DNA of 64,000 bases from an uncultured archaeon (GTDB lineage Archaea; Thermoproteota; Bathyarchaeia; Bathyarchaeales; Bathycorpusculaceae): contig CAWALK010000022.1 of the NCBI GenBank assembly GCA_963782915.1, positions 64,001-128,000 on the forward strand. Direction: 5' to 3'. Under the pieces are notes generated by a model that did no database searches, was not told the origin of the DNA, and saw nothing but the letters and a program-made list of their open reading frames with translations. The position numbers and the translations under genes were made by a program. Positions 10,465-20,822 of this stretch are shown one piece after another. Positions within the stretch are counted from its first letter, which is position 1. Every line of letters starts with the position of its first letter.

Positions 10465-11798
10465 GCGCCCGCTGCGAACCGTTCAGCTTGCGCTACGGCT
10501 GTGCCCAAGTAGTTTTTGGGGTTCAACGCCGCATCAATTTCTTTCTCGCTAAGCAGGCTGCTTACAGTTTTGTCTTCTTGCAGTGTTTGCTTGAAGGGTT
10601 TCTTTTCGACTGCACTTTTGATGGTTAATTGTCGGAGCAGTTCATGTGCTTCCTGTCGGTTGTACCCTTTTTTGGCGAGTGCCATCATGACGGATTCCGA
10701 CATTGTGCGTCCTTCAGTTATTGACATGTTTGTTAGCATGCGTTGGCTGTCGACTCGCAGGTTTGCGGTGATGTTAACCATGAGGCTCAGGATGTAGTCG
10801 AGGAGTATGCTTGATTCGGGTAGTACGAAGCGTTCGGTGGATGATTGTGTTAGGTCGCGTTCATGCCAAGTTATCATGTCCTCGAGTGCGGGCATGTTGA
10901 GGCTTCGTACGATTCTGGCTAAGCCGCAGACGCGTTCGCAGGTTTCGGGGTTTTGTTTGTGGGGCATGGTGGAGCTGCCGACTTGTTTTTTGGCTTCGAA
11001 GGATTCGAAGATTTCGGCGATTTCGGGGCGTTGGAGTTCGCGGATTTCGGTTGCAAAGTTTTCCAATGAAGAGGCAATCATGGCGTAGATTGAAATGAGT
11101 TCCGCGTAGCGGTCGCGTTGCACAATTTGGGTTGAAATCTCGGCGGCACTGATGCCCAAGCGTTTCATTACCAGCGCTTGGATTTCGGGTGCATGCTCGC
11201 CAAGTCCTGCTTGTGTGCCGACTGCGCCACTGACTTTGCCAGCCACGACGCGTTTTTTGCATTCGTCGAGGCGTTGGATGTGCCTGTTTACTTCATAGCC
11301 CCAGACTGCGAATTTGAAGCCTAAAGTGATTGGGAGGGCGTGTTGACCGTGTGTTCTGCCAATCATTACAGTATCTTTGTGGGTGAGAGCTTGTTTTTGG
11401 AGGATAACTTTGAATTCAGTTAATCGTTTTTCGAGGACTGCGATGGCATCTTTCAATTGTAGCGCGTTGGCTGTGTCTACAATGTCATAGCTTGTAGCAC
11501 CCAAGTGCACGTATGCGCCGCTTTCGCCACACTGCTCAGACAAAGCCCGAACCAGCGAGGCAATGTCATGTTTAATCTCTTTCTCGATGGCTTTAACCCG
11601 CTCAACCTTAACGTATTTGGTGGATGCCATCTGTGCGATTTTTTCTGCATCCTTTTGGGGGATGTTACCCACTTGGGCATGCGCCAGTGCCAACGCTGCT
11701 TCAACATCCAAGAGTTTCTGTGTGCGGGTTTCTTCATCGAAGATTTTTAGCATTTCGGGCGTTCCGTAACGTCCTGTGTCTATGGGTAAGATTGGCAA
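10461..11798 (-). CDS. purB: Adenylosuccinate lyase
   Basis: GSSTMPHKQNP signature, HLGATSYD, GRTHGQHA. Confidence 0.95.
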   Translation of the reverse strand: MPILPIDTGRYGTPEMLKIFDEETRTQKLLDVEAALALAHAQVGNIPQKDAEKIAQMASTKYVKVERVKAIEKEIKHDIASLVRALSEQCGESGAYVHLGATSYDIVDTANALQLKDAIAVLEKRLTEFKVILQKQALTHKDTVMIGRTHGQHALPITLGFKFAVWGYEVNRHIQRLDECKKRVVAGKVSGAVGTQAGLGEHAPEIQALVMKRLGISAAEISTQIVQRDRYAELISIYAMIASSLENFATEIRELQRPEIAEIFESFEAKKQVGSSTMPHKQNPETCERVCGLARIVRSLNMPALEDMITWHERDLTQSSTERFVLPESSILLDYILSLMVNITANLRVDSQRMLTNMSITEGRTMSESVMMALAKKGYNRQEAHELLRQLTIKSAVEKKPFKQTLQEDKTVSSLLSEKEIDAALNPKNYLGTAVAQAERFAAGA

Positions 11799-11932
11799 GG
11801 GAAAGTTTCCTCAGGTGAAGGTATTGGTGATTAAAGATTAATGTTTTTTGAGAAAAAAATCGTTAAAGATAGGTTTGTTTCAACTTTTCACGATATTGAA
11901 GTTTGTGGGCGCAAACAAGCGGAGGAGCGGAT

Positions 11933-11947
11933 TTGAGCGACAGAAAA
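11933..11947 (+). repeat. 15-bp direct repeat, copy 1 (TTGAGCGACAGAAAA), overlapping hairpin GCGAC-N7-GTCGC
   Basis: Identical to 12860-12874; the two copies flank the CAAX protease gene. Confidence 0.8.
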
Positions 11948-11964
11948 GGTCGCACCGTTTTGGA

Positions 11965-12801
11965 TTAAAAAGTGTTCGAGAAAATGCCGATAAAGACAGG
12001 AATGTCTGTTCCAGCGTGAAACAAGGTTGAGCCTAATAGGCTATCAGTGCGTTGCATGATATAACCCCAAATAAGTCCCAGAGAGAATGTGAAAACTACT
12101 AGAACCCAAATAAAAGGTGTGTAAGCGTTGAGCCCTACTCCCGCTACTGAGTGACTCAGAGAGAAAATTATCGCCTGTAAGAGGTTAGACGTTTTTAACC
12201 CGAGCTTTGGCTGATATTTTTTCAGGAAAAGCCCTCTATACAGTAATTCTTCTCTAACTCCATTTAGCAGTACAATCGGTATTATGTAGGGCAGCCAAGC
12301 AATTACTTTGTCTACGTTTAGATTTTGACCTTGAAACAGGTACTGTGCTGCTGGAATAGAGGTTAAAGCAAAAAAGAAAAACCCGATTAACCCAAATATC
12401 AAACCTAATTTGATGTTTCCTTTCTTTAGGAAAATCGAGCCGAAAGATACTCCCGAAATTCGAGTCAAAATAATTATGGTGCTTACAATTATTGAAGTGC
12501 TTACCAGCATATCTAGAAATAGTCCACTCATTGTTCCTGATGGCAAGTTAACCAAGAAATCGAAAAATATCGCCAAAGAAGCTATGAAAAAACCAAAGAA
12601 GATTTGCCAATAACACTTCAACGATTTGCGGCTGCGCAGAAAAAATGCCGTGGATAAAAATATTAATGAAAGAATTAGGGTGTATGCAAGAGTTAATTCA
12701 TTTGGTACTACTGAAAAAGGGAAAACCAACAAGCCTGAAAGAGAAGGTAAGCTAATACCGCACAGTAGTAGCAACAAGAATAGGTATATGCGGTGTTTCA
12801 T
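11965..12801 (-). CDS. CPBP/Abi family intramembrane (CAAX) protease
   Basis: EELLYRG, F.L.H and FHAG.D motifs; multiple TM helices. Confidence 0.85.
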   Translation of the reverse strand: MKHRIYLFLLLLLCGISLPSLSGLLVFPFSVVPNELTLAYTLILSLIFLSTAFFLRSRKSLKCYWQIFFGFFIASLAIFFDFLVNLPSGTMSGLFLDMLVSTSIIVSTIIILTRISGVSFGSIFLKKGNIKLGLIFGLIGFFFFALTSIPAAQYLFQGQNLNVDKVIAWLPYIIPIVLLNGVREELLYRGLFLKKYQPKLGLKTSNLLQAIIFSLSHSVAGVGLNAYTPFIWVLVVFTFSLGLIWGYIMQRTDSLLGSTLFHAGTDIPVFIGIFSNTF

Positions 12802-12859
12802 TTTCAGCCCTTGTCTGATGGTATACTTCATTTTCTTTAAAAGCTTTAACAATCAGTAC

Positions 12860-12874
12860 TTGAGCGACAGAAAA
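12860..12874 (+). repeat. 15-bp direct repeat, copy 2 (TTGAGCGACAGAAAA)
   Basis: Identical to 11933-11947. Confidence 0.8.
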
Positions 12875-12940
12875 ACTCAGAATATTAATGTTTACCGATA
12901 CCACTATGTTTGATGTATATTGTTTACGGTGCATTTACAA

Positions 12941-14390
12941 ATGAAAGTTACAGTTGCAGTGTTGAATAAGCATGGGGACAGCGCAGTTACAACCCTTCTT
13001 GATTTGCTAAATACGTTTGATTTCCATCAGGTTTCACATTTCGGAGTCGTTACGCCTAAGAAGAGCTTTTTTGAGAAAAGCCTGGGCATAGTTAACAGGC
13101 AAGGGTTAGACACCTCGACCTTATTGGGCTGTATTAGCTCAAGAGCGATAGTGTCGAGCGGCTACGATTTTCTGCAGTTAGATGATGCTGCACTTGCGGT
13201 AGAGGGAAGGATATACAAGCCTGTTCCAAAAACTGCACTCACCGAACAGGTTTCAAAGGAGCCCCAGCATTGCGAAACCATCTTGCAGACCCTCATAGAA
13301 GCAAGCCGACGGAGACTATGCGTTTTGGATGCTCAGGGAAGGCTGGATAGCAGCAGGAAGAGACCCAATTGGCGTTCAACCGCTCTATTATGGCGAGAAC
13401 AGGGATATTGCAGCTTTTGCCACTAACCGTACGGCTCTTTGGCGATTGGGCATCGAAAACCCATCCTCTTTTCCGCCTGGGACATTGGCGTTTGCTGATA
13501 AAGACGGCTTCAAATTCAAACCAGTAAAAACCCTAACTTACACAGAACCCAAACAGGTCACACTGGACCAAGCGGCGGAGACGCTTCAGGCACTGCTTAC
13601 CGAATCGATTGAGCGGCGAGTGCACGGCTTAAAAGAAGTCGCTGTCGCATTCTCGGGCGGCTTAGACAGCAGCATCATCGCATATTTGGCGGCTAAACAG
13701 GGCATCAAAGTCAACTTGCTCCACGTAAGCATGGAAAACGAGCCCGAAACAGAAGAAGCCATCGCAGCAGCAGAGGCACTAAACTTGCCCATGCAAGTGG
13801 ACCTCTACAAAGACTCCGACGTAGAAGCAGCCTTGCCCAAAGTTGTAGAGTTAATCGAGGAGGCTGACCCAGTCAAAACAAGCATAGGAGTGCCTTTCTA
13901 TTGGGCAGCAGAACAGGCAACTCAAGCTAAACACAAGGTTATGCTGGCAGGTCAGGGTGCAGATGAATTGTTCGGCGGCTATCAACGCTATGTTAATGAA
14001 TGTGTAAAGGAGGGCAGCGAGAAAGTTCGCAGAACTATGTTTGACGATGTGGTTAACATTCACGTAAGCAATCTTGAGCGTGATTTGAAGATTACTGGGT
14101 CCTTTGATGTAGAGTTACGGTTGCCCTTTGCATCTTACCAACTTGCAGAGTTTGCGTTGGGTTTGCCCCTTGAATGCAAAATCGAGAATAAGCCCGATAC
14201 GCTTCGGAAGCTTGTGCTGCGCAAAGTTGCCCAGAACATCGGCATGCCAGCGTCTATTGCCGACAAACCCAAGAAGGCAGTGCAGTATTCCACTGGAATT
14301 AACGATGCGGTGAAGCGCATAGCCAAAAAGCAGGAGAAAACGGTCAACGAATACGTTGGCGAACTGTTTGAGAGTGTAAAAAGCCAATGA
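12941..14390 (+). CDS. asnB: Asparagine synthetase B-family protein (frameshift near 13300)
   Basis: RDPIGVQPLYY, FSGGLDSS, GQGADELFGGY, RLPF, K.VLR, KKAVQYSTG. Confidence 0.85.
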
Positions 14391-14617
14391 GTTGAACCCA
14401 ACAGTTCAACCTCTGAGTTAACCGCTGGTTGAAGCTATATATCAGTAGCTCAAAAATTCTCTATTTTGTATAAAAACAGAGTCGAACAATTTTTACTGTT
14501 TTCATGTTCTAAACAATAACCCATCGGTTTTCTCCGATGGACAAAAAAGCAACCAAGACAGCGGTTTAGCCTCTATTGGCGGTTAGTTATTTATTTATTG
14601 CATGATTGAATAAGCAA

Positions 14618-14744
14618 GTTAGTAGTTGCTGTTGCTGCTGTTGCTGCAACCCTGCTCCGCATAATAGTTGCAACTACTAACAAAATTACACCACCTCACA
14701 CTGGTTGATGATAACCAACGAATATTTCTGTGGTCATCATCAAC
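14618..14744 (+). repeat. Diverged copy of intergenic element family I (two long hairpins)
   Basis: Perfect 12-bp IR 14618-14629/14670-14681; GTTGATGAT 14704-14712 pairs with ATCATCAAC 14736-14744. Confidence 0.5.
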
Positions 14745-15511
14745 TAAGCCAATCCCAATCAAATGACTCGCCAATATGCTAAACCATTGGTGCTACTGCA
14801 ACACAACCACACGGGGAGCACACAAAGAAACAACAAAAAACAACTAACACACAACATACCTCCCCATCCTCATCCCATCCCAACCAACATAGCCCATGCA
14901 GCGGATGGGACAAAAAAACCTCTTGCCCCATCCCAACACAAACACAAAAATCAGCCCAAACCAAAAAACCAACCGCCCCCACAACCTAAGCGTGGGATGG
15001 GAAAAATCCTACACATCCCGTCCCCACAAGAACAAAAAAGAAAATAAATTGGAACAGTTTATGGCATCACAGATCGACACAACGCAAAGGGATACATTCA
15101 CCCACACCTACACCCACACTCCACCAACATAGCCCCATGTACGGAGTGTTGAGACAATCAAGGATCCCACACTGCAACACAACCAGAAAATAAGCCTAAA
15201 CCCAAAAAACAACCCATACCAAAGCCCACAGTGTAGTGTGCAACCCTATAACCGCCACACCCACACAAAGAACAAAAAAGTACTTGATATGGAAAGCGCG
15301 ACTCTAACAACAAGTTACAGCATGCAATAAAAAAACCTGGCAACAAAAATGAAAACTGTTTTTTTACAGCCATAGGCTTTCTATAGTTTCAATAACAGGC
15401 TCAATTCTTTGCAGTAGATAATAGCTGGACCGCTTATGAATTCTGCGTTTAACATGGTTGTATGCTGGTTGTAGTGTAACTCGCAAGGAACAAAATTTTT
15501 TCGATCTACTG

Positions 15512-15740
15512 ATATAGGGGAGGGGGTAGCTCGGCAGAGCAACAGATGCTTTCTGTATACAAAAGCATCACCCAAACACACAAAAACACCACACAACCAA
15601 AAACAACTGCACACAACCAAACAGCAAAACCCAACAACCCCAACCTAACCAAACAAGCCACCCCACAAACAAGCAAACCCCAAGTTTTCTCCCACCATCC
15701 GTTGAGCCTATAAATAAGAGGGATAGAGAAAAAAACACAA
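15512..15740 (+). repeat. Intergenic element family II: motif A (15512-15546), C/A-rich spacer, motif B (15702-15740)
   Basis: Motif A nearly identical to the reverse complement of 34674-34709; motif B nearly identical to the reverse complement of 34391-34430. Confidence 0.85.
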
Positions 15741-15802
15741 GCTAGAGCTAGATGCAGTCTGGACGAGTTTTTCCTCGGCTCTGCGGAAGAATAAGGTTCT
15801 TG

Positions 15803-16651
15803 TCACCCGTCAAGTCCCTCTGTAAGCTTCTCAGCCCTTGCAGCAACTTTTTCGGCTTCCGCTTTGATTTGGGGGTCTTTCATTTCCTCTTTACGCTTCT
15901 CGTTAGACGCCAAAATGAAGCGCAACATGTCTGAGTCATAGGAGTTTAGCAGCAGCTTCGTGTTAGGAATCAAACAGTGCCCGCCAATGAAACCTGGAAA
16001 CATAATCGGGCGATCCAGCCGTTGGCGATGGGTATCTTCCAAGAAGTCTACGGTGTCATTGAAGTCTGCGCCATTCGCTCGTGCGATGCGGTGCATTTCT
16101 TGGAAACCTGCGATCATTAGGGCTCGATAGGTGGTTTCGAAGACTTTTGCTAATTCGGTTTCGCGGCAACTCTTAAGGACCTTAACTGTTAAGCCCAACT
16201 TCTCAAAATGCGCCTTTGCCAGTTTGCCTGCTTCTGGTGTTGCGCCGCCGACGTATTTGGGCCAGCGCTTCATCTCCCACAGCATATGCTCATCAGTGAT
16301 GTGGACGCCGCGTGCGGGGGAATGGACAACAAGGCAACCGCATTTCTCAGCAACCTTCAAAGTAGTTCCTGGCGGAACAGTGCTGTTAATTATTGCAAGT
16401 TTCGGGTTGTATTCTGCAACATAGTTAGCTATGATTTCAGCGAATTTATCGGGGCTACCACAAGGCAAAGCAACCTGCAACGTATCCACTTTTTTGGGCA
16501 CCTTAGCTTTGCTTTGGCCAAGGTCACGCATCTTAGCTTCATCTAAATCTAAACCGTAAACATCAAACTCTGATGCCTTCTCTTTGTACAACGCAAAAAG
16601 CGTATGGCCGATTTCGCCTAAACCGATTAGCAGCACTGTTTCCTTAACCAA
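15803..16651 (-). CDS. Nucleotide-sugar dehydrogenase (UDP-glucose/GDP-mannose DH family), short form
   Basis: GLGEIG Rossmann motif, STVPPGTT, ELAK.FE, GGHCL catalytic Cys. Confidence 0.85.
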   Translation of the reverse strand: MVKETVLLIGLGEIGHTLFALYKEKASEFDVYGLDLDEAKMRDLGQSKAKVPKKVDTLQVALPCGSPDKFAEIIANYVAEYNPKLAIINSTVPPGTTLKVAEKCGCLVVHSPARGVHITDEHMLWEMKRWPKYVGGATPEAGKLAKAHFEKLGLTVKVLKSCRETELAKVFETTYRALMIAGFQEMHRIARANGADFNDTVDFLEDTHRQRLDRPIMFPGFIGGHCLIPNTKLLLNSYDSDMLRFILASNEKRKEEMKDPQIKAEAEKVAARAEKLTEGLDG

Positions 16652-16724
16652 ACCGTAAGCCTCCGAGTATTGAAACTCAAGTTAATGTTAAACTATTTAA
16701 ATCTGGAGCACGAAAAGGACAAGC

Positions 16725-17237
16725 ATGCAGAATTCAAAACGCGGAGTCGGCATCATCCAAGGCGCCAACGTGCAGATTGGCGAAGGCTGTGCAATCTGGA
16801 ACTATACAGTCATCGGCGATAACACAAAAATCGGTGAGGGCTGCATCATCGGCAGCTTCGTTGACCTCGGCAAAGAAGTAACACTAGGCAAGAACTGTAA
16901 CATACAAGCACACGTAACCATATCAAACGGCTGCGTACTTGGCGACGACGTCTTCATCGCGCCTAACAGCAGCCTGCTAAACGACAAGTACCCTAAAAGC
17001 AGCTTCATGACGCCCCCAACCATAAAGGACGGCGCAAGAATCGGCGGAGGAGTAACCATCCTGCCAAACGTGACCGTGGGCGAGAAAGCTGTTGTTGGCG
17101 GTGGAAGCGTAGTGACCAAAGATGTGCCAGCCCGAACTGTTGTTGCTGGTTGCCCCGCAAAGAAAGTCATGACACTCGAGCAATTCGAGAAGAAACGCGA
17201 AGCATTCCTGGCTGAAAAACAAAAGGTATCTCACTAA
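16725..17237 (+). CDS. Hexapeptide-repeat N-acetyltransferase (WbpD/WlbB-like)
   Basis: Left-handed beta-helix repeats; NDKYP; GSVVTKDVP. Confidence 0.85.
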   Translation: MQNSKRGVGIIQGANVQIGEGCAIWNYTVIGDNTKIGEGCIIGSFVDLGKEVTLGKNCNIQAHVTISNGCVLGDDVFIAPNSSLLNDKYPKSSFMTPPTIKDGARIGGGVTILPNVTVGEKAVVGGGSVVTKDVPARTVVAGCPAKKVMTLEQFEKKREAFLAEKQKVSH

Positions 17238-18218
17238 TGCGAGTCTGGTATGACGCCTGCACTGGCAAACACACCAGATACGGCTCAGCCATCGGCAAAC
17301 AACTACGAAAACAAGGCAACGAATTCATCTTCACCACCCGTGAACACCCCGACACATTACCCCTGGCGAAGTTACTTGGGGAAAAACCACTCGTAGTAGG
17401 AAAATACAACCCCTCAACACTCACCTCACGGTTGCAGGAAAGCGCTGAACGCATAATCGAATTCTCCAAAATCTTCGTAGAAAAACAAGCCAGACGTCGC
17501 CATAGCCCACCAATCAGTCGAACTGTGCAGAACAGCGTTTGGTTTAGGTATCCCAATTATTTTAACCGCTGACACTCCACATGCACTTGCCGTAAACAGG
17601 TTAACCATACCATTCGCGCATACCGTTGTAGTTTCCGAGGCGTTGCCGAAGAGTTTTACATGTACATACTGTGCGCAGAGAGTTATTCCGTTTAAGGGCG
17701 TTGATGAGGTTGCATGGATTCAAGGATTCAAACCCGCAAAAATGCCCGAAGTGAAGAAGCCGTTGATTGTGCTTCGGCAAATAGAAACCAAAGCAGCCTA
17801 CGCCAAAGGCAAACATGACAACCACCAATCAGTCGCCGAAAAACTTGCAGAGTTAGGCAACGTCCACATCGTTGGAAGATATAACGAGGGAACTGAAGAG
17901 TTTGGCCAAAAAGCAGTGTTTGAGGATACGGCAAGCCTCGTCGCCAACGCTGACTTAGTCGTCAGCTACGGTGGAACCATCAGCCGCGAAGCTGCACTCA
18001 TGGGCATCCCAAGCATCGCCATCTCAGACATGGCAAAAACCCCCGTCAACACCTACCTCGCCAAAAAAGATTTTCCGCTCTTCATAACCACAGAAGACAA
18101 AGTGCTTGGATTGGCAAAGAAGTATCTGGGCAAAAAATTCGATGTAGCCGCCAAACTTGCAGAACTCGAGAACCCAGTCGATGTTATCGCAAAAGTTGTT
18201 GAGAGTCTAAAAGCTTAG
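17237..18218 (+). CDS. DUF354 family protein (GT-B-like), frameshifted near 17480
   Basis: MRVWYD...KH, KGVDEVAW, GGTISREAALMGIP. Confidence 0.8.
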
Positions 18219-19003
18219 GCTATGATGATTTCTATTCGGTCGCCTGCTCTTACACGGTATTTTTCGGCGAAGTTGCCCTGGTTTAGGGCTAACTCCAAAA
18301 AGCCATGGCTACCAATCAACGCTATGGGTTCCTGTGATTTGGCTTGCGCATACGTTTTGGTTAGGGTTAGTTGGAGTGAAATGTGGTGCAGGTTTACCTT
18401 CACTGCTTTAGCGGTGGATAGTTCGTTTTGGGTTATATTTGTTATGGCGTTTCCAAAGCCATCTACGTGTAGGACTTCGCCGAATAGGGAACCATCATTG
18501 CGCTCAACAGTAGAGAACTTGGGTGTTATTGCATCGGTGATTTCTGGACCGAACTCTTTGGCATCAACGCCTTTGTCTATGTAGGCTGCGGCTGGAGCAA
18601 AAATGTCCCGGCCATGAAAAGTACAAGAAACTTGCGGAAGCATAAACTTAGGATTCGCCAACGTGTAAACATGCTCGATGCCCTGTGCCTGCGCAGCCAA
18701 CATCAAAACGCCATTGTCGGGTCCAACAAAAAAGCCCTGTTTAGTCTGCACCACAATTGCCCGACGCTCTGTTCCAACGCCAGGGTCAACAACTGCCAGA
18801 TGTATGGTGCCTTTGGGGAAGTATGACGCAGCTGAAGCCAACATGAAAGCGCCCATTCTCACGTTAAATTTGTCAACGCCGTGGCTGACATCCACAATGT
18901 TGGCGTTTGGGTTAATAGTTAAAATTACACCTTTCATTTCAGCCACATAAGGATCTTTTAACCCAAAATCGGTAGTTAACGTAATCATACGTTCAGCCGC
19001 CAT
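18215..19003 (-). CDS. SAM hydroxide adenosyltransferase (DUF62 / chlorinase-fluorinase family)
   Basis: ITLTTDFG, VVDPGVG, GPDNG, TFHGRDIFAP, DGFGN. Confidence 0.92.
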   Translation of the reverse strand: MAAERMITLTTDFGLKDPYVAEMKGVILTINPNANIVDVSHGVDKFNVRMGAFMLASAASYFPKGTIHLAVVDPGVGTERRAIVVQTKQGFFVGPDNGVLMLAAQAQGIEHVYTLANPKFMLPQVSCTFHGRDIFAPAAAYIDKGVDAKEFGPEITDAITPKFSTVERNDGSLFGEVLHVDGFGNAITNITQNELSTAKAVKVNLHHISLQLTLTKTYAQAKSQEPIALIGSHGFLELALNQGNFAEKYRVRAGDRIEIIIA

Positions 19004-19289
19004 GGACCACTGGGACAAAAATGATTTCGTCCCCATCACTGACCATAGTCGCATAACCGTTTAGGATGCTGATTTCTCTGCCATTAACTAGCACCAGCGA
19101 ATTGGATCTTGCATCATTGAGGTCACTGTCGCAAAAAGTATGCTTTAACTGCGGAAACTCTTGGCTGATGCTATCTACAACATCTTTTATGGAAGCGCCC
19201 TCTTGATAATTTAGGGTTAACTGGGTTTTTCCTGATAAGTGGCGCAGGGCACCAACAAATTTTACGGTTAACGTCAAGTACACACCCAT
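18993..19289 (-). CDS. MoaD/ThiS/SAMP ubiquitin-like sulfur carrier
   Basis: LVLVNG, DGDEI, C-terminal HGG. Confidence 0.88.
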   Translation of the reverse strand: MGVYLTLTVKFVGALRHLSGKTQLTLNYQEGASIKDVVDSISQEFPQLKHTFCDSDLNDARSNSLVLVNGREISILNGYATMVSDGDEIIFVPVVHGG

Positions 19290-19400
19290 AGGGGAAACAG
19301 TTTGGGTTTGTATAAAGTTTTAATTTCAAAAATTATCAATCGATGATAAAATAGCTTAGAATAGTAAAGGGAAAATAAAACAGAGTTAGGGCAAAGAGCC

Positions 19401-20822
19401 CTATTGTTGGGAAACGGTTTTTGTACGTCTTTTTAGCACGGCAAAGATTGCAAGACCCAGCAGAACTACTGTTAGCGGCAGGACTACTAGGGGTGTTAAT
19501 TCTGGCACTGTGGGGGTTGAAGATGGTTTAGTAGTGTGTGTTGTTGTTTGTGTGGGGTTAGTTGTTGGATTAGTTGTAGGTGGGTTCGTAGGTGTTGGCG
19601 TTGGAGATGTGCCCACAGCCATAACTATTGAGTGGCTGCTATGGTGATAGCCTAAGGTAATTATCCATACGTCGCCTTGTGAGAGTGCATTGAAAGTTAC
19701 ATCGGTACCGTCTAATGATACTTTGAGAGTTGATGCATCAGGCAAAAGTGTTTTTGGAATACACGCTTGAACAAATCCGACTGTGCCACTGGCGCCCGAT
19801 ACAGTGAATGACAATCGGCCTGTTGTTGAATCAAACGCTAATGCTGAAAGCGTCGAGTTCGAGGTTACAGAGAACATTTTACTATCTGTATTGGGAGTTA
19901 CTGCAAAGCTTACCTCACTATTTACACCTTGGTAAACATAGTCGGTTGCCCATGTTCCTCTAACGATATAGTTACCTGAAGCAGATGGCATCCATACCGC
20001 TGAGAAGTTTCCGTCGTCCCCTGTAATGATGTACGCCAAGTCATGCCATGTGGCACCGCCTGTGGCGCTGTAAGAAAATACTATGCCTGCGCCTGATAAG
20101 CCGATTTGGTTGTATGCTAATGCACCCTGAATTTTTACGTTAAAGCCAGTTGTGGTTGTGGAACTTGTGCAGTAGAAGGACAGGGTTGGTTTTGGCAAAT
20201 TTGGATTTGCAGTTGGAGCTGGTGAGGGGGTGGCTGTTGGTGCGGGTGTTGGATTGGAGCCATTTCCCGAGAAGAAAGCGCTTAGTTGGTGATCTGAATT
20301 CATTGTTACAGTTATGGTTGTTCCCGCGCCCTGATAAATTCCATCAAGGTACCAGCCACTAAAGGTGTTAGACCCAGCGGGGTATGCTTTAATTTGAGCT
20401 GATGCACCAGCGCTGTAATTCCATATTCCGCTACCTGGAGTTGTTGATCCAGCATCACTTGGATCCGATGTGATAGTCAGGATTGCAGTTCGTTGACTGA
20501 ACACCGCGTAAAGCTCATAGTTCTCCCACATAGTTAACGTGATTGTGGAAAGTTTACCTTGGTAAACTCCGTTTAGGTACCATCCGTCAAATACATAGCC
20601 TGTGTAGGTGTAGGCATATACCGTTACGGTTTGTCCGTAATAGTACAGCATGTTTTGGCCTCCTGGAGAGACCCAACCAGCACCTGAATAGTTAACGGAT
20701 GTACTCAAACTACATTGAGAAAGAGGATAATATGCAGATGTAGTTGATGCAAAAGATAAACTAGTTACTACTAAACATATGATTAATAATGAAACACTTA
20801 ACTTGTGAGCGCTAATTTTCAT
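19401..20822 (-). CDS. Secreted surface glycoprotein with repeat domains, PT/NPTT linkers and a PEF-CTERM-like anchor
   Basis: Signal peptide; two F.GWYL.G repeats; VPEL + TM helix + KRR tail. Confidence 0.8.
   Translation of the reverse strand: MKISAHKLSVSLLIICLVVTSLSFASTTSAYYPLSQCSLSTSVNYSGAGWVSPGGQNMLYYYGQTVTVYAYTYTGYVFDGWYLNGVYQGKLSTITLTMWENYELYAVFSQRTAILTITSDPSDAGSTTPGSGIWNYSAGASAQIKAYPAGSNTFSGWYLDGIYQGAGTTITVTMNSDHQLSAFFSGNGSNPTPAPTATPSPAPTANPNLPKPTLSFYCTSSTTTTGFNVKIQGALAYNQIGLSGAGIVFSYSATGGATWHDLAYIITGDDGNFSAVWMPSASGNYIVRGTWATDYVYQGVNSEVSFAVTPNTDSKMFSVTSNSTLSALAFDSTTGRLSFTVSGASGTVGFVQACIPKTLLPDASTLKVSLDGTDVTFNALSQGDVWIITLGYHHSSHSIVMAVGTSPTPTPTNPPTTNPTTNPTQTTTHTTKPSSTPTVPELTPLVVLPLTVVLLGLAIFAVLKRRTKTVSQQ

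Noticed and set aside
14763-15620. Short ORFs in the C/A-rich gap
   Set aside because: Low-complexity translations (H/P/K/T or C/V/G/F rich) that follow from base skew; no motifs
14391-15802. CRISPR array
   Set aside because: Repeats are short, irregularly spaced and non-identical; no constant repeat-spacer period and no cas genes
18215-19003. Fluorinase or chlorinase
   Set aside because: The FHGRD motif and housekeeping context fit the common SAM hydrolase (DUF62) branch
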